Assembly (NCBI RefSeq): GCF_006345805.1
Contig: NC_042999.1
Location: 85,374,001 to 85,438,000 of the forward strand
Direction of reading: 5' to 3'
Source of the DNA: Octopus sinensis
Lineage: Eukaryota
Length of the DNA stretch: 64,000 nt
The notes beneath the pieces are model-generated. The model had not been told where the DNA came from, did no database searches, and worked only from the letters and a program-made list of their open reading frames with translations. Below, piece by piece: positions 11,618 through 25,830 of this stretch (the stretch's first letter is position 1; each line of letters starts with the position of its first letter). The translations under genes were made by a program, and so were the position numbers.

Positions 11618-13717
11618 GACACACACACATATATAATGTGTGTGTGTGTACCCGACTTATCATTCGCCTTGTATCTTGATCTTGAATATGCAATATGTAG
11701 GTCATCTAAAATTCTCATATTCTCTTGTTCATTTTATCAAGAAGCTTCAGTTTAAACAGGTGTTTTAGATAGTGTTCAAAAGCATTTATATTATAATTAG
11801 GACAAAGTAGAAAGGTAACTGTCGTTTTAATTGGTGCAGACAGTTTATAACACATAATGAAATGCTGACATATTTTTCAGGTTGAACATGAATATTGAAG
11901 TGAAAAACTGGTCTTAGAGTTGTATGGAGATGTAAATCTTGTTGAACAGTGAGTAAAACGAAGTCAAGTGAAACACCCCAAAATAAAAAAAATATATAAC
12001 TATACTTTTTAAATGAGTTAATTTACCAGATCGTACAAATAAAAATTGGAAATAAGCAGTATGTTAATCCCGGATATGTTTTGATTTTATTCGACCTTTT
12101 CAGTGATGTACAATCATTAACATGTATGCTAGGTCAAGGCAGAGAAATATTAAAGGTCCCCATTTTTAATTAAGACGACATTTTAGTATATTATGCTTTG
12201 ACTTTCTCATGTTTTCGATTGAAGTTATAACCAGGTACTTAAATATAGGTACATAAAGACATGTCGTTTGAAGGTTGAATACTATTTTCATCCCTCTATC
12301 TCCCTCTCCGTTTCTCTCTTTCTCTTTCTCTCCCTCCCTCTCTCTCTCTCTCCCCACAGACACACGTACCTCCACGAAACAGTATGTTCATTTTTGAAGT
12401 TATGTATATATTTGTGTTTGTCCTCCCTCCATCATTTGACAACCGATGCTGGCGTGTTTACGTCCCCGTAACTTGGCAGTTCAGCAAAAGCAAACTCACA
12501 GAATAAGTACTAGGCTTACAAAGAATAAGTCCTGGGGTTGATTTGTTCAACTAAAGGTGGTGCTCCAGCATGGCCACAGTCAAATGACTGAAACAAGTAA
12601 AATAATGTTTTATGCCGAGACAACTGGGGTTGTCTCACTTACCACCCTGGGACTAAAAGTATGATTGAGCAATTCCATACACTCTCAAAGTATGTATTGA
12701 TAATAGTAACAAGATAGAATAGCTTCCTTTTATTCGGGTGTTCTATATCTGACACATTGTGTACTTTGATTCCAAACGTCCAGTAAACCATCTGTTGCTC
12801 TTCATTCACAATTGTAGCCCAATTACTGACCAATATTTAACAATGGTCACGTCTTCATCTATAGCTATGTGATTCAAAAGTCATTAGCTGCTATATTCCC
12901 TTCTATTTCAAATAACTCCAAAGTACTTTATTATTGATGTACACAGAAAAATAAGAAAAGTAAATTGACTGAAGCAAGAACATGGGTTATTGAAATGATC
13001 AGATTGAAACATTTCACCGGGTCAATTTTACCCTACCATTTCATTCATTTTCCTGTACACCTAATTCTTCACGACACCGTGAAAACATTGTACTCAATAT
13101 TTCATCAATCCAATTCAAAACCACCACTTGTCCCTATTATCATTGTTTGTTTCGTTGACTTTTTTTGGGGGGGGGGAGGTGTTTTGCCTGTAGTTAAAAC
13201 TTGGTCTGAAATATATAGACCTAAACGCTTACAAATCTTTAGTTGAAAATTTTTAAAACAAAATCAAAACATTGTGCATTTGCACAAACCTCCAAGCTGT
13301 TACTTGCTAGTCTTGTTTGGACTACTCATCTGGAATAAATAACTATAACCTGCAATACACACATGCACACAATGGACCCACTGTCAAAGTCAGTTATATT
13401 ATCATAGGTCTTTATTTTGCAGAACGTTTGTCATGTGACCCTATCAGTCAATTATCACACAACTTAACTTTGGTGCCTTTAAGAAAACACTTAATCAGTT
13501 GACCTTGTTTGTAGATAACATTTTCAGAAGCAAAGCATGTAATTATTTTCAATCAGATTATTAAACATTATCACACTTGCTGTTCAACAAACTGGAGCCT
13601 ACTTTGCCAAATGTAAATGGATATAAGCTGAACACTGACCAGTATCGAAAGGATTCCTCAACCTTTCAAAATTCAAACTAATACACATTTTGTTAAAATT
13701 CCTAGATTAGAATAGTG

Positions 13718-13925
13718 AGTTGGCAGATTCATTAGGATGCCAGGCAAAATGCTTTGTAGCATTTCATCCAGCTTTATATTCTGAGTTCAAATTCTGCTGA
13801 GGTCAACTTTTACCTTCTATCCTTTCAGGGTCGATAAAATAAGTACCAGTTGAGCAGTAGGGTCGATGTAATCGACTTACCCGCTCCCACAAAATTGCTA
13901 GCCCTGTACTATATTTCAGACCAAT
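13718..13925 (+). mobile_element. SINE family copy (others at ~16514-16730, 21640-21790, 24400-24590, 24745-24960, 45560-45760, 48008-48180, 63600-63730)
   Basis: Recurrent core gttcaaatt...tttgcctttcatcctttcagggtcgataaaataagtaccagt. Confidence 0.75.
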
Positions 13926-16389
13926 ATTCCTAGATATATTTGGTCTTGGAACTTTTGAATTCACAAGATTTCATTCTTACATTCTATGAACTGTTGCAAA
14001 ATAATCTTTCAAAACATTTTATTTTTTATTTTTTTACATTCCAAATATTAATTCTTGTATTAAACAGTGAACTTCTTAGATTTTCTGCTTTACCACAAAA
14101 GACATTTGTGAAGAATATTTTGAAGTTTGATGATGGCACTGCTATTGATATTTTTATACAACTACATTATGTGGTGCACAGAAAATGCAGTGAAATTTGT
14201 TTCATTACTTTTTTTTACCTGCAAGATCCATTGAGATCTGTTTTGTAGATGATTTCTTTTTTTTTTTCTCTCTACCAACAATAAAACTAGATCTTCATAA
14301 TAATAAAACCTTTTTAAATTTCCTACACATACATTTGTCTCTATAGCTGCAGCCCTCTGAAATTCTTTTTCTTACAGGTATCAAAGTATAGAAGTTCAAG
14401 TTGAATATTACCAATATCAAAATCACAAGCATGAAGGTGTGGAAAAAATCTTAGGGCATTGCCCATACATACACACGTCCCTGCTAAATAATGAAAATTT
14501 ATTTTAAATTTTGTTTACCAATCCTTCTTCCACATAACTGCAACCTTCTGCTACTCTTTCCTCAATACCTGTTTTCTACTTTAATTTTTGAAAGATTTCA
14601 AAATTAATATTAACAATTTTGACCTGTCAGCTTTCCCCATACTTAATTTAAGGTTTGAAAAGCACTGGACATTGTACCTCTCAGACAAAATAATAAAATT
14701 ATATATTGATATATTAATATCTTTTTTGTAGTTTCTCTATTTTGTGTATCAGTACCATTGTGTTGCATATAATCATATCAAGGTAAGCATCATGATAAGA
14801 TTATATATGTAAAGATTATATACATTATATAGCCATCTTTGCTGGCTATACAATATACATAATCTTTACATTCAAGAAATATAAATATATATATATAGTA
14901 TTCAAATCACTAGTTTTTTAAATTTATTGAAAAAGACTAAATATTTTATAGTGTGTGCATAGTGTTACAATTGTTTTTTTGTTATGAAATATATATTAAC
15001 CTCCTAGTCAGCTATATAGAAAATTCTAGTATTCTTAATTCTAAATTTGGAAAACATTCTCATTAATTTGTTACTAGCAACAGAAACAGTATTAACTGAA
15101 GTCAACATTCTCTAGCCTTCTACAGTATATCCATGTTAAGGAAGATATACAGAATGCTATTCTCAACCAATACTGCTTCTGCTGCCGTAACAAATTCTAC
15201 CTAGCCTACCAGCTATATGCAACATCAGTGATTTTTTTTTTGTTAATCGCTATTTTTCTATATTAGTTGAGGCTAAATTTGTCTCCATATGAGGTTGCTA
15301 GTGACTACTTGCTACTACTGACACTCATAGAAGCAGAAATCTAAATTTAGCAATTCCACCACCACCGCTAAGCACTTTGTTGCCTGCTACTGATATACTT
15401 AGGTGCTCTTTAGCACTGTATGCCAATACAAGATGCTTTCTCAAAACAAATATTGCAGTTGCTTTCAACATTGTAACCATTTTAAGTAAGATATAGAGAA
15501 TGCTAATTATCATTCATGCTTTATGACCATTTTCTTTTCTGTCATCTCCTTAATGGCATATGAGCTTTATTGATTAGACTAATGAACAAATCATCAGTTT
15601 CTGATGTAATAAATTAACTGCTAATTTCATTACATTAACAATGGATACCTAGTAATTTTGAATTCTTCAAATACTAAGTGTTTAAGATGAAACTGATATT
15701 TTTTGTATATCAAAATGAATTATATTGATTTTAGAAAAACCAATCTTGAACTAATATTTTTAATTAATATAGGTATTCTTAACTAAAAGTACATATCAAT
15801 AAAATTGTGACTCTAATTAACATACATTTTATTTCTTGAAGTGAATCTTTTTAAAAGAAATCTTTTTGTCTCTTCATTGAAGTCCTTCGCACAAAACTTC
15901 AACACTCATCTTCCCACAGCAAACTTATACAAATATGCAAACCTCTACAAATATAGTTCAAATGGATGATCATTCACCTTGCCCAACTGATATAATTCAT
16001 TAATTGAATAAAATGTTACGTATTGGGATGGAAAGCACTATAAAATAAGTTCTTGACAAGGTGAGTTAATGTGTGTTGATACCTGGCTGAAGCTATTTCA
16101 ATGCAAAGCATAGCTAATGTTTAGAGAAAGGAGAAAAACCTCACCAATTTTCATTTGACCCACTTCTTAATTATAAAGATTCTTTTCCTAGTCAAAAGCA
16201 AACAATATATTTGATACATCATCAATTTTTTATGAAATATCATACAGGAAATTACATAAGTATAGATTATACAGTGTATAATGTAGACACTATATTTTGG
16301 TTTTAACAACAAAAATATTTTATTTCAATGTAAGAAAAAGTAAATTTAATGGAATTCTATATTCTTCAATATAAACTGTTGACAGGCCA

Positions 16390-16404
16390 TCACATTTCAT
16401 CCAA
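16390..16404 (-). CDS. XRCC5: Ku80 terminal coding exon 19 (LDEM*)
   Basis: ttcag|TTG GAT GAA ATG TGA; completes the DDLLDEM C-terminal motif; AATAAA ~66 nt downstream. Confidence 0.8.
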   Translation of the reverse strand: MDEM

Positions 16405-16943
16405 CTGAAATTAAACAAAACATGCATTATAAATAAAAATAATTGTTTTTTACAAAAATCATTAATACACTTTTCTATTATTGGACTATAACATACACTA
16501 ATATGTTATATTAAGGTGGCGAGCTGGCAGAAACGTTAGCAAGCCAGGCAAAATGCTTAGCGGTATTTCGTCAGTCTTTACATTCTAAGTTCAAATTCTG
16601 CCAAGGTCAACTTTGCCTTTCACCCTTTCAGGGTCAATAAATTAAGTACCAGTTGTGTACTAGGGTCGATCTAATCTACTGGCCCCACTCACCCAAAATT
16701 TTGGGCTTTGTGCCTAGAGTAGAAAACAATGTTATTATATTTCGTTTTACTCTCCCCAGACACAACAGAATATTATATTTATCTTAAGAGGTCTAGTGAG
16801 AAATTTGATTCAGTTCCACTTCATAATAGGGAATTTAGTTTTTAAAAAACTGTAAAATATCTACTCCAAAGACATAAGCTTATACAATAAATAATATTTC
16901 TTAAAATGCAATTTCAGTGTTCTGTGTAGGCTTTACAACTCAC

Positions 16944-17053
16944 CAAATCATCTGCAGAGCCCTCCATAGGCTGATCTGGTTTTGAAGACTCTTGGCTATC
17001 AGATTTGTTTTGTCCTGCATTCTCTTCAGATTCTTTAGTATCATGTAAATTAT
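16944..17053 (-). CDS. XRCC5: Ku80 exon 18 (DNLHDTKESEE...MEGSADDL)
   Basis: Acidic linker ending EGSADDL|gtgagt; acceptor cacag is phase-compatible but its exact position is less certain. Confidence 0.72.
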
Positions 17054-18686
17054 CTGTGCCCGAGAAAAGAATGATATTGAGAATCAGAATATTTCTTATT
17101 AATAACAATCAATTTCCTATTCAAACAAAACTTTCTGACTGTAAGAAATTAAAAATGTAAAAATCAATACACATGAAACTCAATTGGTGAGGATCTGAGG
17201 CTTGGAAGTGTCATACTATAACAATTGAACTAAGTGTTTAACTTGTGACCACTTACAATTTGTGGAATGTTACAAACTTTAATGTATACTTAGCTTTAAT
17301 GCAACTTGAATTAATGTTGTATTGTTTAAGAGATTATGTTTTGTTATTGGAGTATTATTGATAGTTCACTTTGTACTAAGAAGAAACATGATATAGAGAA
17401 AAGTTTAGAGGAAAAGAAATATTTGTTAACAATTAAAAAATAGTATGGAAGTGATATATTAGATCAAAATGCTGATCTGCAAGACATTGTTTATGGCAGG
17501 CACAAACGTCACTAATGCTAAAGCAGTACCAATGTGAAAACACACACACGTTTGTGTGTGTGTGTGTGTGTACATATATATATATATATAGGGAGAGTTT
17601 ACGAAAAAAACAAAAGACGAAGACAGGTGATATACAAAACAAACAAATGTATTAGTATAACGCTCAGGAATAGAAAAAGTCTTTTACGTTTTGAGCCTAC
17701 GCTCTTCTACAGAAAGGGACACAGAAAAAAACAAGGAGAGAAAAACACACACACATATTTACAATGGGCTTCCACATGGTTTTTGATGACCAAATTTCAA
17801 TTACAAAGCATTCACCATGGTTATTCTATAAGATATTCTCCCAAGATGCCAAACAATGGAATTGAACCCAACACCAAATGGCTACAAAACCAACTTCTTC
17901 ATCACACAACCATGTCTAATCTTATTCAAGAAAATTATACTCTTTCTAGAAGTACACGTGTGTTAAATATCATTTGATAAAAAAAAAGATAATGGATAGA
18001 ATATTCAAAGAGAATCTTCAACTTGACAAGGACAGGCAAGTAAATATCATCATCATCATTTAACATCCATTGTCTATGCTCACATGGGTAGGACAGTTTG
18101 ACCAGAGCTGGAAAGCTGGGGAGCTGCGCCAGACTCCAGTCTGATTTGGCATAATTTCTACGACTAGATACCCTTCCTAATGCCAACTGCTTTACAGTGT
18201 GCTGAGTGCTTTTACATGGCACCACATGGGCACTTTTACAAGGCACTGCCACAAGTGCTTTACACCACCAAAAGGATTGGTCTACACTTCTGCTGCAGAG
18301 TATGGGACTTCTTGAGTATATACAATTAATAGCCAGATATGAGATGAACAATTGCTTTTTACATCAGATTTTTTTTTAAACTTATATGTTCTAGCTTGAA
18401 TACTCAAAAAAATCATTTGTTTGCAACAAGCTTTCACATTAACAACTATACTATAGCATTCTTAAACAATTTTGCATTTATTTCCAATGGTAGAATGTAC
18501 TATGGGAATGAATTTGCATTAATCTTTGGAGATGGTGTTTTCACAGTTAACCTCATTTCCTTATGTCAACCTGCCTGTGACATGTTCTAATTTCAAGATC
18601 ATTTGTATAGTCTTAATTAAGCAAGGATAATATAATTTTTTAAGATTAATGAAACGAAATACAAGACAACAGAAATTTTTTTTCAC

Positions 18687-18747
18687 CTTTAAAATATTTC
18701 CCAGCAAGAACAAGTTGTTTGAAATCTTTTGGAGCATCATTGGGAGC
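18687..18747 (-). CDS. XRCC5: Ku80 exon 17 (APNDAPKDFKQLVLAGKYFK)
   Basis: ttcag acceptor, G|gtgaaa donor; resembles the NPAENFRVLV start of the Ku80 C-terminal domain. Confidence 0.65.
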
Positions 18748-21003
18748 CTGAAAGCATTGTTAAATAACAACATTTAAAGAAATCTTAGTAGTATATACAG
18801 AGAAAATAATTTGCTCAATATTGTTTATAAAAAGATTTACTAATATATGAATATTTACAAATCACTGAAAAATTAATTAGATTTAAACAATTTAGGTAAT
18901 TACATTTGGATATGGAAAGTTGGTCTTAATCTCACTTAGGCCACACAACATAGGTCATTCTATAACAATTTCAAAATCAGTAAAAATCAAGTTCATAAAT
19001 TTCTCAGGTTGTGGCACTTTGTGAATATTTCTAACTAGGGAGTTTTATACCTGCTACGTGGTATCAGAAAAGTTATCAGCACTATACTAAGTTACATCAT
19101 TGATAGGAAAAAAACAAAAATATTCTCTTTGCATTTTGGTAAGTAAATCCTGTTGTATGTTCATCTCTTCATACTGACTTTACGGTCACTAAAAGGCCCA
19201 AACAATTTACAAAAGGGACTGAGACTTGTGGAGATTTGCTGTACTTGACAAGACATGTCAAGCTAAGCAAAATCAGTTCATACATACATACAGGCATTCC
19301 TTTATGGCCATGCCCCCACTCTACCAGGTTGAAGGTCTTTATCTTGCAGGTGCTAGTGCCAAGTAAAATGCATTCACGCTGATGCCACATAAGGTGCTAT
19401 GTGAACACACCCATACCAGTGGCACATAAAAAGCACATTCTGTAAAGTGGTTGGTGTTAAGAAGGGCATCCAGCTATAGAAACCATGTCAAAACAGACAA
19501 TTGGAGCCTCTGACTGGCCAACTCTTGTCAAACCGTCCAACCCATATTCATCATGAAAAATAGATGTTAAACGATGATGATGTGCTGGCAATAAAAAATC
19601 ACAACCTACAATCATTCTCCAACATCACCTGACCATCACCAAGAAGAATCTTTGTGTGATATACAGTCTCTTTCATTATGGGCTTTTATACAAAGGTTGT
19701 CAGCCAAATTTAGATTTTCAACTGGTCTCCTTGTAGTGAAAAAAATAGGAATATTCCATCAGAAACAATGGTCATATTTACAGCTAACTTTACTTTCAAG
19801 TTCCATTCTTAAAGCAGATACACACACAAAGATCTTTGCCTAGATTTTCTTCTTTGTTCACAACTATTCCCAAAACCACCAAACTGGTTATTGTTGTCCA
19901 AGTAGACAACTGCACTAGATGGTATTCCAGCTATCACTCTGAATAAATATGTTCTTGAGTTTTTCTCTTTTGACATTTTTATGTTGCTGTCATATCCTGC
20001 TTATAGTCATGTCCAATGACATTTACTTCTATAACTGTCAACACACCTCATTCAAATTCTGTACACAGGCTTTATGAGCCTCTAACTTCAAAACCTCCTA
20101 CTCAGTCAGTATAGCTTCCTTGTAAAGAAACATCTTGCATTGGAGATTTGATCATTTATTCACTTTCAAATATACTAAAATACAGGTCTATATATCTGAA
20201 GGGAACAAGCAAAAAAACCTCATTTCATCTATTTATGAATAATACACAGTCCAAACAGACTTAGCAATATCAGATAATATTATTTAAAGAAGAGTCTCCA
20301 TTTTCCCCATTTCCAAAGCTGTATTACAAAGGTTGTTTCTTCTTAAGTAAGCAACTGTTAATCTGTCTAAAGCATAACATATTCTAAATGAGAACTGTTT
20401 ATATATATATATATATATTGAGAACAGTGCATCCACCACATCCATGACACATACACACTCTAAAATATATTACATTGAAACAGTACCAAAACTACATAAT
20501 GCATTCACCCATCCTATTCCTGCACCAGTCTCCGTGTATAACCTCTATATTAAATACATTACATTTCTGTAACTTCTCTACAAATATATTTTAAGTTAAT
20601 ATTTTAAAATGTTAAAGCTCTTCCTTCATGAAAATTATTATTCTAATACACACAAAAAATACAACTGTAACTTATCTATTACCAGTATTTCATATTTTAC
20701 AAAACCATGATTAAGAACAAATATATATGATATTTTAAAGCATTTTACATCAATTTTTACTCACTAATTAAATTTGAATACCTTCACGTATTATTAAAGT
20801 GTCATGTTATAACTAGAGGATTGTTCAAAATATTTACAGTAAAGACTATATGGTTTTCAATGTAAAAATAAAAAATATCACAGAAAATATTTTAGTAATT
20901 CTTGATATTCTTAATAAAATACTAGTCCAGTTAATCAGACATAAGAATGTATATTCCTATTTAATAGAGAGCAATGAATCAGAAACAGTGTGCATTTCTT
21001 TAC

Positions 21004-21037
21004 CTCCGCTTTCATTTGAGATGAATCCATATCAAGG
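21004..21037 (-). CDS. XRCC5: Ku80 exon 16 (LDMDSSQMKAE), short linker exon
   Basis: ttatttcag acceptor, GAG|gtaaag donor; phase 2 to 0 bridges its neighbours; low sequence conservation. Confidence 0.55.
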
Positions 21038-21809
21038 CTGAAATAAAAGTAGTATATTCATTAACATTAAATAACATCTTTATTAAAATAATTAACATGC
21101 ATTGATATTACTGGGATGCAATATTCCAAAATTTAGAATAAGAAATATAAATTATCTACAGACAATCCAAAGATGAATTTGGGCTGGGGATAGTTTGAGA
21201 AAGACCATGAAAATGAATTTACAAATTCTGAAATTTATTATATGACAATACAGCCTTTATATAATTCACAAAAAATTGTAGAATTGATGTATCTATTTAA
21301 GATCGTCTCTCTCTCTCTGCATCAGTATAACAATCTTTTCAATACAAAGAATGTTTGATAGTTGATTAAGGTTACTCAAACCTTAAAAGGCACATGAAAT
21401 GTTATGAAATAATTTTTTTAATCCCAAATGTGCTATTTATGTAGCACTGAATTTTCTGATTATTCCCATAATTAAATTTAAATGGGTTCACAGATAAGCT
21501 TATGTATATGATAGTATAACTCTGTTAGGGTTGCTATCTAATTTGATAGCCACAAAATATACAGTGGATATTGCAAGGCAATTGGCATGAATGTAAATTT
21601 CTCTGAGTTGTAGTGCATCTAAGCACTGTATACAGTAAGTTATGTGTTCTGAATTCAAATGCCACCAAAATCGACTTTGCCTTTCATCCTTTCAGAGTCA
21701 ATAAAATAAGTAACAACTGAGTACTGGGATCGATGTAATCTACTACCCACCTCCCCTTAAGATTCAGGCCCTGTTCCCATAATAGAAAGGATTGTTATTA
21801 TTACTATTA

Positions 21810-22295
21810 TCATTGAGTGAGAGAGCAGTGCATGCCATCAAAGTGACACTGGAATAAAATATACTAAGCCCAGTATACTCATCATGACTACCCGTCTGAT
21901 AAGGGAACACAGGCACATGCATTACAACCATATGTGCGCGACATAGTGATCTCATATCAAGATAAACAGTGCATGACCTTGCAAGTGGGGCCCAGTTAGA
22001 ATTTTCTTCTGGTCGAGTAACCCATCCTGCTCAAAATGTCCCTGAATAAGGTTTGTTTAAGGATGTTGAGTGAACCACCCATGTTTCCAAAGGTGAATTA
22101 TCCAAACCTCCAAGATTTCCTTTCAATACATGGCTATGATGCTCCCCCACTACTTCTGCTCGTGATCAGAGATGCACATATCGTCAGCAAAGGGACATGG
22201 TCAACTAATTATGGTCAAACAACTGACAAACGAATCTGTGGTATTGAGCAGAATATTTGCTGTAGCCCATCTTTTAAACCAAGACAAAACAATGT
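21810..22295. repeat. Interspersed repeat, inverted copy of 5060-5541
   Basis: Direct comparison of the two copies. Confidence 0.8.
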
Positions 22296-23927
22296 ACATG
22301 ATAACAATTCCCAACAGTTAAGATCAGAAGCCATAAGAGCCAGTCTGGTACTGCATCAGGGCAATTGTTGTTGCTGTTAGCGGCAGCGGCACCGCTGCCT
22401 GGCCCTCATGCCAGCGGCACGTAAAAAGCACCCACTACACTCTCAGAGTGGTTGGCATTTGGAAGGGCATCCAGCTGTAGAAACCTTGCCAGATCAGATT
22501 GGAGCCTAGTGTATCCTTCTGGCCTGCCAGTCCTCAGTCAAACCATCCAAACCCATGTCAGCATGGAAAGCAGACATTAAACAATGATGATGATGATGTT
22601 TAAAATGTTTCCATCCTCTTTGAGACTTAGGAAGTCAGGACATCAGGATAACAGTTAGCAGGGTCAGAGAGGTTACTCTTCTTGAAAATGAGACACACCA
22701 TCATACTTTTCTTAAGCAGAAGTAGATATTCTGGGACAGAGAAAAGTTGAAGAATTTACTTAAGATATAATCTCACTTATGAGTACATCATTTAAAAGAG
22801 ATTGCAAGAACGCTATCAGAATTGGTTGCCTTTTTATTTTTGACTAAAATAACTAAACAAATGTCTAGACTAAATGACAGCACAGAAAAGGCAGTTATAC
22901 AAAGTTATATAAAGCAATGAATCTGGGAGAGATTTTGCTATATCAGTGCATAGTGGAAATGAAGTTATAGTAAGCAACAAATGTAGCAACTTAATTGAAG
23001 AATTATAGAGAAGAGGATTCTGCAAATTTGGTAGAGATTTTTGGGTAAGATATCTAACCAATTTTGGAGTCATAGTACTGTATGTAAAAGTACTCTTTGC
23101 TCTCAAATTATTTGTTTTCTCATTTATATGCTTGAATGATGAATCCTGCCCTACTATTTTGAAGCCAAACACACAATACAAAACAACATCAGAAACAATA
23201 ATAATTACAAAGAGAAAGTGTCTGCTCAATTGATGATGCACTTTTTATGGACCAATGCAAAAAGTTGCAATATGTTTTTAGTGAGATCCTGAAAGAAGTA
23301 ACCAAGGTTTATTTAGTTAAGATATCCAAAGACAAAAGTACTGAAGGAAGTACAAAAGTACAAAAGTACAAAAGTACTGAAGGAAACTACATCTTGATCC
23401 AAATAAAAAATAGAAATAAATGTGTAGATGAAGTGCAAGAATTGTTTGAAATTCAATGCATGTATGCTCATGAATACTGAGTAATGACTGAAAGAGTACA
23501 CTTGTAAATATAAGAGGCTGAAATAGGGTTCTGAAGAAGGATCCCTGGAGTAAACAGAGTGCATAGCTCTGAGATCAGGGAGTCTCTCTAGGTTGAGCCA
23601 CAACTCTAGTACTACAAACATGAGATTAGAATGTTACAGGAAGGAATCACAAGACAGATTCTTCAAGCTCAACCATCTAACAAGAGACCTAGAGATAGAC
23701 AAAGAACAAAATGGTTGGATATCCATAGTCTCAGTTGGTAACACTTGGGAATCCAGCCAGGAAGTTTAATAATGGTTACTTCTGATAGGACCCTACGAAG
23801 GAGATACTTGAGGACTCAACTCTTAAACCCCTCCCAGGGATAATGGGCAGAGAAGAAGGGTGGATGCAAGAGTATGTTTTGGAGGAACTGAGAAGAAATA
23901 TTTTTAAAATATCAGTATTAAACTTAC

Positions 23928-24103
23928 TTAAGATCAAACAGCTTTTCACCGGTCTTTTCTGTTTTATTGGGCTTCAACTTTTCAAGCTTGAAATTTTCTT
24001 TGATTTTCTCTACAGCTTCGTTATTTTCAAAAAAAGAAACTCCATGTTTAGTTGGCAACTCAGGAATTGGTTTTGTAGGTTCTAGTACTCTTTGTTCAAA
24101 ACA
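23928..24103 (-). CDS. XRCC5: Ku80 exon 15 (CFEQRVLEPTKPIPELP...KLFDL)
   Basis: Similar to CLLHRALHPREPLPPI; cag acceptor, gtaagt donor. Confidence 0.88.
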
Positions 24104-25022
24104 CTGAGCCAAAATAACCAAAAACAAATTCAAATTAGAATTATTTTAATAAATCAATAATATTAAGAATAATATTAAGAAAATACATTAATCTTTAAAC
24201 AATAATAAAAAAAATAAAACGTATCTTATCTGACTATTCTTATGAGCTATATGCAGTTTCTTTCAAATGTGCATATTAATTTTAATATTCTTAAGAACAT
24301 CTACATAATGTAATGTTTAGCTAATTAAATAATTTTTCACTTAGGAAGAACAAGACAACATTAGCAACAGTTCATTAATAGTTAAGAGACCAAGACAATA
24401 TTGGTTTCAAATGTTGGCACAAGGCCAGCAATTTCATGGGAGTGGGGTAAGTCAATTACATCAACCCCCAAGGTTCAATTGGTACTTATTTTATCAACCT
24501 CAAAAAAGATGAAGGCAAAGTGGGCCCTGGCAGCATTTGAACTCAGAATATAAAGTTGGTGTAGTGATACTTCTGCCAGCTCACTGCCTGAGACCAAAAC
24601 AATATTAACAGCAGCATTTTCTTTAATTTACTTTATTAAACAATTATACATTTACTCTACTCATTTCTTTCATTTTCTACTGCAAAAATACTGACTAAAA
24701 GCAAATCCTGCTGTAGATCACATTAATATCACATCAATTAATATTGATTTCGAATTTTGACACAAGGCCAGCAATTTCAGGGTAGGGGTTTAGTCGATTA
24801 CATCAATCCCAGTGCTCAACAGGTACTTGTTTTATTGACCCCCAAAAGGATGAAAGGCAAAGTCAACCTTGGCAGAATATGAATGCCAAGCATTAGGACA
24901 GATGAAATACTGCTAAGCATTTTGCCCAGCCTGCTAATGATTCTGCCAGCTTACCACCTTATCACATCAATTAATATTAAAGAGAAACATAAATTTAAGA
25001 ATGTAGTAATAAACAAACATAC

Positions 25023-25092
25023 CTGATAAAATTTCTGCAAAGATGGTGTAGATATGTATTTTGTATTTAAAAATTTGTGTTTTCCTTCATTT
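25023..25092 (-). CDS. XRCC5: Ku80 exon 14 (NEGKHKFLNTKYISTPSLQKFYQ)
   Basis: Similar to TKIPNPRFQRLFQ; tttag acceptor, CAG|gtatgt donor; phase consistent. Confidence 0.82.
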
Positions 25093-25224
25093 CTAAATAA
25101 AAATAAAATATTTGATTTATCATACCAAAATATTATAACAAGTCAACAACAATTTCTGAAAATAAATCAGTTTCAGACAGTGAAGATACAAAGATATCTT
25201 ATTTATACAATTAAAATATATTTC

Positions 25225-25830
25225 TTCACACAGCTTGTTGAGTGCCACAGACCGAATCCATGGCTGGTGCAAAGTCCCAACCAGACCTAGGGTGACGTGG
25301 TGCTGGTGGTGGAATGATGTTGTAGGCAAGACCATTAGAGTGAAGAAACAGGCCTAGAAGCGCTGGAAGAATTGTTGTAGCAGAGAACTATATCAGACAG
25401 CTAGGAGGGAGGCTAGAAGACAGGTATACTTAACCAAGGGAGATGCAGAAAAGAGGAAGTTTGCCAATGTTCTGCTATGTGAGGACAAGAGGCTTGAGGT
25501 ATTTCGGATTGCAAAGCAAGTGTGTCAGAGAAAATCGGGATGTGGTAGGAGAGAAATGTATTTTTGCATGGCTGATGGCTCCCTTGCAGTTAGTAATTCT
25601 GCAAAGGAGGCTTGGAAGTGCCACTATGAAAGGTTACTAAATGTAGAGAATGCAGGAGAGGACAGCCTAGCCTGCCTAATGTGGACACAACAAAGGGGCT
25701 GGTTATTCAAATTGACAGTAGCTTAGTAGATGAAGCAATTGAGGATATGAAGATAGGGAAAGCTTCCAGCCCATCAGGAATCACTGCTGAGATGCTTAAA
25801 ATATTTGGTGGAGTGGGGTATGACCTGTAC
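25225..25830 (+). mobile_element. Degraded RTE-like LINE ORF2 fragment
   Basis: Fragments AKEAWKCHYERLLNVEN and AIEDMKIGKASSPSGITAEMLK, frameshifted. Confidence 0.8.

Noticed and set aside
12639-12833. 64-aa minus-strand ORF ending near a gtaagt donor
   Set aside because: No recognisable homology or compatible exon partner; could be non-coding
18561-18686. ORF segment YYPCLIKTIQMILKLE as a candidate for the missing Ku80 C-terminal helices
   Set aside because: Different frame from exon 17, no convincing splice sites, and negligible similarity
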